Shown piece by piece: positions 50,401 through 61,146 of a DNA stretch of 64,000 nt. The DNA is from Cycas panzhihuaensis (taxonomy: Eukaryota; Plantae; Cycadophyta): the NCBI GenBank assembly GCA_023213395.1, contig CM041465.1, positions 218,495,741-218,559,740 of the forward strand. The letters run 5' to 3'. How positions within the stretch are numbered: the stretch's first letter is position 1; each line of letters opens with the position of its first letter. Below the pieces are notes generated by a model. That model made no database searches. It saw only the letters and a list, made by a program, of their open reading frames with translations, and was not told the origin of the DNA. Both the position numbers and the translations under genes were made by a program.

Positions 50401-51461
50401 CCTAATCCATTGCTCTGGATTTACATTTCCAAAAATCTCCTCTCCGCCAACACCTCCTCGAATCTCCTGGAAGTCGAAAGCTCCTCATGCTCCAATTCCT
50501 GGGATCTTCCCTCCCTCTAGATCCTCTCCTCTATACCTTTTAGTTCCTCCAACAGGGCGCCTTTATGTTCGAATATATTTCCAAAGACCTCTTTATTCCA
50601 AGCTTTGATTTGCGTCTTTATCCACTTGATTTCCTCGAAAATCTAAACATGGCACAACCCTGTACCTGAATACCCCACCATTCCTTGATCCTCTCTCTCA
50701 AGTCTGGATGTTTTTGCCACATGAGCTCGAAGCGGAAAGGCTCCTTTGAAAAAAGCCGGAACAGACCCCTCCAAAATAAGAGGAGTATGATCTGACCCAG
50801 TTCTCGGAAGGGCCTCCAGTTTAACACCCTCGAAATGGCAAGCCCATTCATAGTTTATAAACATCCCTGTCCGATGCATTGAATATGATTGTGCCCTAGC
50901 CTCCTGTTTGACCAGGTGAACCTCGCTCCCCTAAGAGGAACATCCAGCAGGCCACCCGATTGCACAAAAACACCAAGGTCAGACATACTTCTAGTCCATC
51001 CCCCCTGTCCACCCTTCTTCTCTTGGGACACGGAGGGAATTAAAATCCGCTACCAACCAAGGCCCAACCCAGTCTTTATGGGCCTCCACCAAACCTTCCC
51101 ATAATCTCTTCCTACCCTCAATGTAATTTAGGGCATAGACATTGGTGATTCTATACTCCTTGTTAGTAGATGTACTGACCAACCCGATAGTAAGGAAGTG
51201 TTCGCTCTTGCCCACCTCCCAACCTTTCCATCTTTTAGGGTTCCAAAGAGAGGCCAGCCCTCCGGAACTTGCCAAGCCTACACTCGTCTTCCCCTCTCCG
51301 CTCCTCCAAATCTTATTCAGCACCTCTGCTTCCTTGATCAATTCTACTTTGGTCTCCTGCAGGAGTACAATATCAACCTCTGATCTTATCCTGATCTCTC
51401 TAACCAATCTTTGCTTGGATGGGGCATTTAGCCCCCTAATATTCCAAGACAAAACCTTCAT
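47420..51461 (-). pseudogene. LINE ORF2: APE endonuclease, RT, zf-RVT, C-terminal RNase H-like; frameshifted as assembled
   Basis: MKVLSWNIRGLN...LLQETK; GSDHTP; PFRFELMW; PISLCNVKYKILEKVLANRLK; DMSKAYDRV; GLRQGDPLSPFLF; HQFVDD; YLGMPL; LLTLDNLSKRG; WHPPDGSWVKVNFDG; VIMEGDS. Confidence 0.94.
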
Positions 51462-52867
51462 GGATGACTGGAAACTTCGCCCCTCATCCTTTCCTGCTTC
51501 TGAGGTTGGGGCCTTCTAATGCCCCCCCCTCCTTCAACGTGCTCTGATGCCCCATGTCTATCTGGGCTTGAGTTTCTTTCTCCCTTGTGGCCTTTCTTGG
51601 GGGTCTACCCACCCTCTTCTCCAGCCCATAATCTGGGGCCTTTCTTGTTTCTGATGTAGTGCATTTAGATACCCATTTATGTATCCCACCACTTCTGCCA
51701 ACCTCTGAACCTCTCACCCCACCGCTCCCTCCTCCTTCGGCAACCGAACCTACCCGACTCTCCTCTTGGTTCGGTCTTCTAACCCCTCCTCAGGTTCGGA
51801 AAAGTAATCCTCCAAATCCCAGTTTATGTTCTTAGCCAACTTGGCAAGTTCCTCATCACCAAGCCAATCACCTTCCCCAGATCCGTTCTGGGTCCCCTGG
51901 ACCCTCCACACGGGGGGACCCAACATTCACATCACTTTTAGATTTTCCTTTACCAGATTCCAATACTTCCTGGATCTCCCCACCTACCCCCAAAGATTCC
52001 TTGATGACCGCCGAAACTGCTTTCACCCATCGAGGGGCCCAGAGAGTTCTCCCCACCTACCCGCCCAATGCGGGGTGCCATCTCTTTCTCTCCTACAATG
52101 TCATTACCAGTTTCCCCCTTATTACCTTCTTTATCATCCTCCCCCATTGGAATACCCGGACATTGAAAGGGGAGATGCCCCCGGATCTTACACTTTGTGC
52201 ACCTGAATGTTTCCACCTCATAAAATAGTCCTTGTTTAATGGACCATCCGTCCGACTCAACTCTATCTCATCCCAGTAGCTCTCCATCAAGCTTAGCCAA
52301 AGACACAAAATCGCATTCATCAATCTAGATTTATGTTTAGTGGCCGAGTCCACCGCCAGAGAGGCCCTATCATCTTGGTGCCCCTTTACCGCCTCGGGTT
52401 CTAGAATGTAGGGGAGCCCCTAAGTTGAACCCAAACCGGAGCTTGTTTAACTACAGGGGAGCCTGGGTCAAAACCTGGATGCCATTTCTCCAATGTCATG
52501 GCCTTCCTCCCGAACATCCAGGAGATTTCAAAGAAAATAGGGATCATGTCCTCCGGCTTAAAACCTAAACAGACACACCCTTGGGCATTGCCATAACTTG
52601 GACAGGATTTCTGGTCTTCCATTTATGTCTTATCCACTCCCTAATAGTGTCCAAACCTGGCCTGGGGCCCGAGAACCTTCCTACCAGGCTATTATCCCAA
52701 TACTGAATAGTTCTTTTAGTTACTTCTTTTGGTATCTTTAGTTTAAATCTGTTTCCGATTTTAATAGGAGAAATGTCAATTTCCTCGTGGTTCCCATTGT
52801 TTAAAACTTCACGGTAGGTCCTCCCAGAAGGAGAGGACTGAGATTGGTTCAGAGAAGACTGCATCAT
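51458..52867 (-). pseudogene. LINE ORF1 (DUF4283-type with CCHC zinc knuckle); frameshifted as assembled
   Basis: WDNSLVGRFSGPRPGLDTIREWIRHKW; WMFGRKAMTLEKWHPGFDP...PVWVQLRG; CTKCKIRGHLPFQC; KRVGRPPRK. Confidence 0.9.
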
Positions 52868-53102
52868 GTAGATAACAGAGAAAAACAGAACTCAGGCAAA
52901 CTGATTGAACAACACAAGCTCACCACTAAGCACCACCAAAGTCCTCTGAGGTTGGGGATCCGCCTCGACCGCACCCCACCGATTCGTCCTTTCGACCTTG
53001 AACCGAATAAGCACGGGCCGCCATGACCGCACTCCTTCCTCTGTTCACCACCACCACCCGCCTCTGAATCGATCAAATGCAGTATGCACCATGTTTTATC
53101 TT

Positions 53103-54870
53103 ATTCATCAGAATAGCAAGTTGAAAATAAAATTATTAAAAGTCTAGCAACACAAGTCTAAAACTAAACTTTAACCAAATAAATAAGTCTAAATTACCAT
53201 CTTATTCTAATCAACCTCAAATAAGTAAACAACCTAAGTGGGTTCAAGAAACTTTTTTAGCTATTGATGTAGATACTGGTGATCAATTAGATACTAGAAA
53301 AACTAGATCCTAAAAACTAAAGACCAACTTTACCTTGATGGCTAAAGTAATATCTAGTAATGATCCTAATACTTTTTAGAAATCCCATAACAATGTAATA
53401 TGGCAACAAGCCATACGAACTGAATATAAGACTTTGCTAAAAAACTCTAGTTGGAACATACTACCCTTACCTTCAAGAAAAAAATTGGTAGACTGTAAAT
53501 GACTCTACTATATAAAGTATAATTCTAAAGGAGCCATTGAAAAACACAAAGCATAGTTGATAGTAAAAGGTTTCTCACAAGTAGATGGTATCAATTATAC
53601 TAAAACCTTTGTTCTAGTTGCAAAAATAAATACCATTAAGACTATTATTACCCTTGTAGCCAAGTTTGGCTAGAAAATCCATCAAATGGATGTAAAAAAT
53701 ACTTTCCTCAATGGTAATCTTGATAAAGAAATTTATATATTCTAACCCCTTAGTTTCATAACTAGTTCTAACCTTGTCTATAAACTTAAAAAACCTTTAT
53801 ATGGACCTAAACAAGCTCCTAGGCTTAGTATACTAAGATAGATAATTATCTTAATCAAAATGGCTATATTAAATGTATAAGTAATCCTAACCTTTACTTT
53901 AAATAAGAAAATAATAGCATTACTATTCTAATTTTATACGTTGATAATATTATCATCACTAAGTCCTTACTTTCTACTATTTTTTACTTGAAATTTTTTC
54001 TTATAGATCAATTTGAAATGACTGACTTAGGTCTTTTTCATTACTTTCTAGGCTTATAAATCTTTCAATATGATTCTTCAATTTATATGTCTTAACCTAA
54101 ATATATAGTTGACTTAATTAAAATATTTAATGTAAAGAATTCTAAACCAACTCCTACTTCTTTACAATTAGGTATCAAACTAACAACTAATTATCAAACA
54201 CCTCCTTGTGATCTAGCTTTATATTATCAACTAATTGGAAGTATTATATATCTAACCCATACCCATCTCGATATTTCCTATACTATTATTTTATATTCTA
54301 TATACATGTAATAACTACATAAATCATACTAAAAATAACAAAATGTATCTTGTGATATCTTCAAGGTATGGTTCATTATGGTTTAACTTATAAATATTGT
54401 AACTCTAATCTTAAGTTAATAAGTTATAGTGATTTTAATTAGGCAAGTGACTTTGATGATTATAAGTTAACAGTTAGATTTTTTTTTTTCTTAATTTTTT
54501 ACCTATTATATAGACAAGTAAAAAGATGCAATCTCTTACATTATCTACAACTAAAATTAAGTATCATGCACTATTATAAGTCAGTAGAGAATCTTATAAA
54601 TAAAATTATTATTAAATAAACTTAGTTTAGATTTTGCATCTTCCATTCAAATAAAAGTAGATAATCAAGGTACTATTTCGATTGCAACTAATCCTCTAGC
54701 TTATTCTAAAACTAAATATATTAAATTACATTATCACTTTACTTGTAATCTTGTTAATAATAATACTATTAATCTTTCTTATTATCCCACAGATTTATAG
54801 ATTACAGATATATTAACAAATCCCCTAACTAAAGCCAAGTTTGTTAAGTTACATGAGTTATTAAAGGTTG
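53103..54870 (+). pseudogene. pol: Copia G RT and RNase H, decayed
   Basis: KA*LIVKGFSQVDGINY; IHQMDVKNTFLNG (~53680); ILYVDNIII (~53930); MTDLGLFHYFLGL; SKTKYIKLHYHF; ITDILTNPL. Confidence 0.92.
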
Positions 54871-55140
54871 ATAAAGTCATTGTTATTCTTTTTTTCTCTC
54901 TCTTTGTATTAAAGATAATATTAAAGGGGGATGTTAGAGTTAATATTTGTACATTAATTAAAGTGTAATGTTATCTTTAAAATGTTATGTATTTATTTAT
55001 TTATTATGTTAAAAGTTTACTAAATGGACTACTATCTGTTACAACATCTTGGTATCATCTCTTTTATTAAAACATGAGATGTGCTTCATGTAATTTTCTA
55101 GGGAAGAGAGAGTAGGAATGAGATCCTACAATTTCTTGTA

Positions 55141-55150
55141 TTATATATTA

Positions 55151-55229
<79 letters not shown>

Positions 55230-55249
55230 TATGATATATATATATATAT
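55141..55249. repeat. Compound (TA)n microsatellite inside the probable Copia G 3' LTR
   Basis: TTATATATTATGA followed by (TA)n occurs twice; longest TA run ~55153-55222. Confidence 0.95.
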
Positions 55250-55701
55250 TCCCATTTTTGAGGTGATTTCTCTTCCCTTAAAGGGGCTTTCTACATGTCT
55301 ACATGTTGTGTTATATGGTTGTATGATTTGTGCAATTGATTTTCTCTATCGTTCTCCCTCTCCAATAATAAGAATTATTGTACCACTTTGCATCACACAT
55401 AAGTTTATGGCTATACATGCTTAGCTTAGAATGATAGATCCTTGTGATTTTTAAAGTCCCCCAAAATAGGGTCTCTACCTAACCATCAGGGGAAAGGGGA
55501 GAAATACAGTAGGACTTCACTACCTGCTTGTACCTTAATAGATATATAATAAATTTGAGTAGATACTACTTTGAATAGAATTAAATAGAACTATAAATAA
55601 GGGTTTATAGTGATATACCAAGGTAAAAATTTTCCTTCATCCTCAACTTTATTCAAGCTTATTACTTCTTGTTAGATCCAAAAACTAGCTCTAATACCAC
55701 T

Positions 55702-56057
55702 TGGGATATTACTATTATGTTTTAACTCATATATAAAATGGATAATGAAGAAAAAACCAATATTTTGTATCATTTATATTATCAATGGAAACTAATCACA
55801 AAATTAAAAATCACTAAAGAGTATAAATGGACACCAAAGAAAACTAAAGAGTACCAAAGTACTAAATCTATTAAGAGAAAATGATTACACAACCCTTTCT
55901 TTATAATCTTTGGCCCTTAAATAGATAAAAGAAGGTTATTTTTTTAGTGGCTTTAATAGCCCATATACAAAAGTTAATGATTAGTACTTAACCTCCTAGT
56001 GCCTTAACCATGAGTGCTAGTGTATTAGTTTTGCTAATTATATGTGGTCATGTAATA
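55702..56057 (-). repeat. 5' LTR of Gypsy C
   Basis: Adjacent to the PBS; matches 18190-18580 with a ~45 bp deletion. Confidence 0.92.
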
Positions 56058-56062
56058 ACTAT

Positions 56063-59000
56063 CCTATGAGTAGAAAAATTATAAGTGAGAATCATTTATA
56101 TAGGAAAGAGAATGATACATAGTAAAGAAAATTAGATCAATGAAAACACCCCTAGTTTCATCTCCCATATGTACTATATACCTTTTAGAATAGGAAAGAT
56201 AAAAATCAACCATTATGTGAGAAGTCATAAAGCAAGAAAATAAGAAAGTGAGATTTAGTAAAAGAGGCGAATATTCACCAAATGCCCTCATAAGTGATAA
56301 CCCCTTTGTAATGAAATCTTCTCAAAGATATTTATCATAGAGAAGATATCATAGTGGGAAATGATCAAGTAAGATTATATTTCTAGAAAATATGGAAATC
56401 TAATATGATCTTCTTGAAGGTAAATGTAGAAGTGTGACTTATAAGGAGGCATTAATATTAATAAGATTTGGATCCTTAGCTATAAAATGGCACTTTATAA
56501 AGTCACCTTAATTATCCCTCTTTGTCTCATGATTAAGGGGTAATTACTTAATGTGATTGATTAACTGATTAATTAGTATGGTAATGTTGACATCCCATAA
56601 AAATACCTATACATCCAATCTATAAGGAGATAATCCATGATCATAAGATACTATGACCAAATGAATTATATCATACTCTTATATCTCATATAGTCAACTA
56701 TAAATAAGGGTCCCTAAACAAAGGGAGAAATCACAACTCACATTGGTCATGATTAAGTGTTATTTGGGGAATGAATGATCAGAGTAAGTTTCATCTTAGA
56801 ATATCAAGGAGATGGTATGATGGCCAACATTATACAAATCTTATAGAATGTAGCACATACCAAGAGCACCAAATAACCAAAGAAAGACTAGATTATATGG
56901 TGAATCAAGATCCCCTATGGGTAACCAATAAATTGTGGGAAATGGTTATAACTCAAAATGAGATAGAATCTAATTAGAAGGTGATCCCTTCTTAGGGATT
57001 ATAGTGTTAAAGAACACGTAAATATAATGAAATGATGTTAGATACTAATGTATAGGGAACAACCCTTAAAGGTAAAAATCCTTTTAGGTAAATAACTATA
57101 AGTGGAGGATAGTTGGAATCATGGAGTTACATGTTCCTTCTTATTTTTCTTATGGTTGATTATGAGATAGATTAATTAAAGCAAGGTCAGTATATAACCC
57201 CAAAACCAACCCATACATAGGGAAGAAAGATCAGTTTCATAGTTAGCTAACTTTAAGATGGTTGCTAACTAACACCCCCCACTAAAGACCATTCTAATAG
57301 ATATAGAAAAGTTTTCCTAATAGTACTATAGTGAGTATAATTACTGTAATAGCTAAACTTACCCCTATGGCAATGGCAACATGGACCCATGGGGAAGATA
57401 TTATTACACTAAAAACTCGGTGTAAAATATATTGTTTCATCAAGAAATAAGAACATCTCCTTAGTATAATATTTTTTTATTAATGAAGTAGGATCAAAAA
57501 CTCAAGCTATTGATGGATATATTTTACTCCCAACTTGTAGTCAAAATGGAGAAGGCTTGTAATGGAAGGTTATACACTATAAGTAGGTGTTCCCAAGGAA
57601 AGGGAAGAGAAGGAGGGATATGAAGGCTATAATCATATTTCTTTTCTTAAATTTTTTCTTCAAGCTTCTATAGAATTCTTAGACTTTTCTTCATATTTTC
57701 TCTTTCTATTGGTATACATTATACTCATATATAATTGGGGCAATATTTTTTGTAAGGGGTATTATATCTTATAATGGATCAAATGAGTTAATAAGTACTT
57801 AGTAAGAATATTTGGTACTAGAGGCTTTCAATCCTCATTCTACTTGGTATTAACTATGTATCAATTAACGTTGTTGGGCAGTGCTCAAAGAACTTGGGCA
57901 TCATATTGTATACATGGCATTTTGTAATAAAGCATGGATTATTTTTCTCAATGGTTGCTTACTTCATTTTACTAAGTACTATATTTAATGTCTTAAGGTA
58001 AATTGTACATTTCGAGAAAACATTTATTCTTATCCTACATTAATCCATCTTATTCATTGATAAGTCCTTTGTATTTTTTACTTATTTTAAGCTTGAATGT
58101 TCCATAAATATATAGTAGGGAATTCTAATGGTGTTAAAATGGACTCAACATCAAATGTGTAAGAAGACATAAAAAATATACCCTAAGCTACATGCATGAT
58201 GGGATCGTTTTGAATGATACAATTTTTTGACTTGTGACTTATGAAATATAATTTTGAGTGTCAAATTCTAATTTTCTCTCTTTGATGTATCTACTTACTA
58301 GTTTAACCTAGGCAACTTAAGATAATAACCTTCTTGCCCTTTTTGAGAATGTATATAAATATAATATAAAGTTCTCTATTTCATTCTCTTCTTCAATTTT
58401 ATAGATTTCTACTTCTTTTTTCTTAAGCCTCTATATTTTCTCTCACTTCCCTCTACTTACTTTTCTCTCTATATCCCCTTAGAAGAATCATTTATGTAAG
58501 AGTCCTATTTCATTTTTCCTTTTGTAAAATATGTATATTATTGTATTATACCAAAGTCTAGAAGTGGGCCAAGAGTGATGAGTATATTATGGTTATCTCA
58601 CTATTATAATTGAGTCAAATGAAGCAAACCTACTCAAATGAGATTTCACTTCCCTAGAGAAGGCAACAATGGTTAGAGACAATGGGGTCCTATTCCCAAT
58701 CACCCTAAAAAATAGTTAATGGCCATATTAGGTACAATCCCCTATATTATTTTAGACCTTATTTGCTCTCATTTTTATTTTAAGTATAGATTAATACCTT
58801 GTAATAAGGTCAAATTTATAAGGAGGCCTACATCTAATTTTTAAAGGAGCTTAAAGAATTCATATAGATTTATTTAGCTTTATATAACAAAGAAGTATAC
58901 TAGGAGGCCTATGATCCATAGGAGCCATAAGTCACCACAAGAATGGAAGAATGGGAAGTTCTTCTATGGGTTTACAATGGTCCTTTGAATCTAGAATGTG

Positions 59001-61146
59001 CATTACATCATTTTCTAGTCCATGTTCTAAGATATTATCCTAAGTTCAGTGGAGATGAGTCACGTTTAGCCAAAAGACATATTGAAAATTTATCTACTAC
59101 ATGTAAAAAGTTTAGAATTAAGGAATTATATGTTGTTATCAGGTTATTTATTTGTTCTTTGATGGGATAAGGCATGGCTTGGTTTGATTCTCTTCCAGCA
59201 ATTGCTATCCATAGTTGGAATAAGTTGATGCATGTTTTCAAATTAAGATATGGAAGCTATGAAAAAATTATAACACTATTGAAAGAATTGTTTAGTATAA
59301 AGAAGGAGACCATAACAAATTTCTCTACTTATGTAGGTAGGTTTCACTTGAGTCTTGATTGTATTATAACTAAATTTAGACCTAGGGAGAAGGTCCTTAT
59401 AGACTATTTCATTAAGGGTCTAGGTGTAAGCATAAAGTCTTGGATAGTTTTGAAATGACCAACTAATATCTAGTATATAGAAGTTCTTACCCTTCAATTT
59501 GGAGCAATTATAAAGAACTAGGAGATGCTTTATTTCTCTTAAGAAGAATCTAATAAGCCCATCTAGGATAGTGAGTTTGATACCATGATGATAAAAGAGG
59601 AAATTAAAGCAGAAATTAAATGCCAAACTAACTCCTAGAGAATGAAGGTTATATAATGCAATAAAATAAAGGGTACTACCACTTCATAGTTCTAAAGCTA
59701 AGATATCATCATATTAGAGGATTTGATCACTCTTTTCCCTATGACATATGGTAATAAGCTACCTTCCACTAATCACTTAATTAATATTTTTTTCTACTAA
59801 TATAAAACTTTAGTACATAGAGAAATGGTATATAATTAAACACAAAAACAATAAAAAGACTACCAAAAGGATTGATGAGATATACCCATGTCCAATCCTA
59901 TCTTTGATAGAGTTCATGCCTCTTATAGGAGAGATAGATGATGTCCTAGAGTTAGTTTTTATCCTACTTTATAATGAGGAGTTAATTGATGTTGATCTTG
60001 ACTCTTAGTGTAATCCAAGAGGTTTGCAAACAAGTAGACCAGTGTTAATAGATCATCATAAAAATATTATGATTAATATAATTTCTTAAGAAAATAGTGA
60101 CAACTATGAATGATAGGACATGGATGCTAAATCTACTATGGTGTGGATTGAAGATAGTTTTGATATTGAAGAACACATATTATTTCATGGATTTAAGCAT
60201 GTAGGGTCCATGAGTGATCTAAAAACTTACCAAGAAATTAGGATCACAAGTGAAGATAAAGATAAGATAATATAATGTCATGTTGATATTCCATTATAAA
60301 GGAATAAAACTGACAATATTGATGAATTTTATGTACTTTTTAAATAGACTAAATCTAACTAGGACATAATAATAAATATGGATTTCAAGGAATAAGTATC
60401 TTTTATCCTCTCTAATTTACATGATTTTACCTCATATATCCATGAGATTTACTTTACTTAGTAATCCACATTTGATTATGGGAGTTTATCCCAATAAATT
60501 AAGGTGAATCTACCTTGTTCATAGTAGGAGATCAAGAAGAAGATATGACTACAAAAACTATAGGGGATAAGCCTCAAAAGAAGTTGCTTAAGTGACAACC
60601 ATTAGAGAAAGTTATGAATCTAAAGACCTATTAAAGGAATATGGTACCTCCGTGAAGGATTTAGAGTTAGTCTTAACATGTTTAAGTTTTCTTTTTCTTT
60701 TTTAATCCCTATTTCACATACTTTGGTTCTTATTTTAGAACTAATTTTTCTCCTAAGCCATGCAATAAGGTACAAAAGTTACTTGCAGGTATAAGGTCCC
60801 AAATGAAATCACTAATTGAAGGTTTTCTATATATAAAAGGACATCTTTGCTAGTTTCTAGTTGCTAGAAAGGAGATGCTCCCACCTTACCATCAACACTT
60901 TAATGATCTCCTATTGATCAAGTAGAGTGTTGAGTTTCTACTTCGATAATTATGGATTTCATAAAGTAACATATTGAGTGTTCTAGTAAGGAGAGTTTAA
61001 CTTAAACCTTTACCTACATCCCTAATCTTCTACCTTTGTATATGGTAGCATAGTAATTTGTTTGTTTACAAGCATGTAAAGTGTGGATAAGTGGTAACTA
61101 GCTATATAGAATAAAAATATTACATAGGATGTGTATCTCTATCACA
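56063..61146 (+). mobile_element. Old non-chromovirus Gypsy (Tat/Athila-like) remnant: LTR-like region, leader and gag; no pol seen
   Basis: Possible LTR end at ~57810 followed by PBS-like TGGTACTAGAGG (57813-57824); gag at ~59020-59460; sequence left of 18184 appears to be its continuation; boundaries uncertain. Confidence 0.55.
59020..59460 (+). pseudogene. gag: Retrotrans_gag domain (Tat/Athila-like)
   Basis: YPKFSGDESRLAKRHIENLSTTC...VVIRLFICSLMG*GMAWFDSLPAIAIHSWNKLMHVFKLRYG matches the P.F.G...H...RLF..SL.G.A..WF..LP..SI.SW..L...F pattern. Confidence 0.85.

Larger units (their letters stand above)
47175..53090 (-). mobile_element. Full-length plant L1-clade LINE (ORF1 + ORF2 with RNase H), young insertion
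   Basis: Poly(A) tail (T run 47173-47185); TSD ATGTTTTATCTT at 47163-47174 and 53091-53102; Copia G continues on both sides; much higher GC and CpG content than the flanks. Confidence 0.96.
43717..55367 (+). mobile_element. Ty1/Copia element (Copia G) inserted in Gypsy C leader, interrupted by a LINE
   Basis: Shared LTR start TGTTAGA.TTAATATTTGTA.ATTAATTAAAGT at 43717 and 54932, matching for only ~95 bp; PPT AAAGGGGGA at 54923-54931; probable LTR end TCCAATA at 55367; TSD and PBS not recognisable. Confidence 0.78.
18190..56057 (-). mobile_element. Chromovirus Ty3/Gypsy element (Gypsy C, IFG/Reina-like), expanded to ~37.9 kb by nested insertions
   Basis: LTR pair 18190-18580 / 55702-56057; TSD ACTAT at 18185-18189 and 56058-56062; PBS (rc) GCTCTAATACCA at 55688-55699; PPT (rc) AGTCCCCTCCCCT at 18581-18593; internal pieces colinear with Gypsy E. 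Confidence 0.92.

Noticed and set aside
47930-53076. Dense cluster of overlapping ORFs on both strands suggesting an operon or novel gene island
   Set aside because: Explained by the GC-rich LINE: minus-strand pieces are frameshifted ORF1/ORF2, and plus-strand ORFs are shadows.
55037-55370. Independent solo LTR starting TGTTACAAC
   Set aside because: No TSD; more simply read as the remainder of the Copia G 3' LTR.
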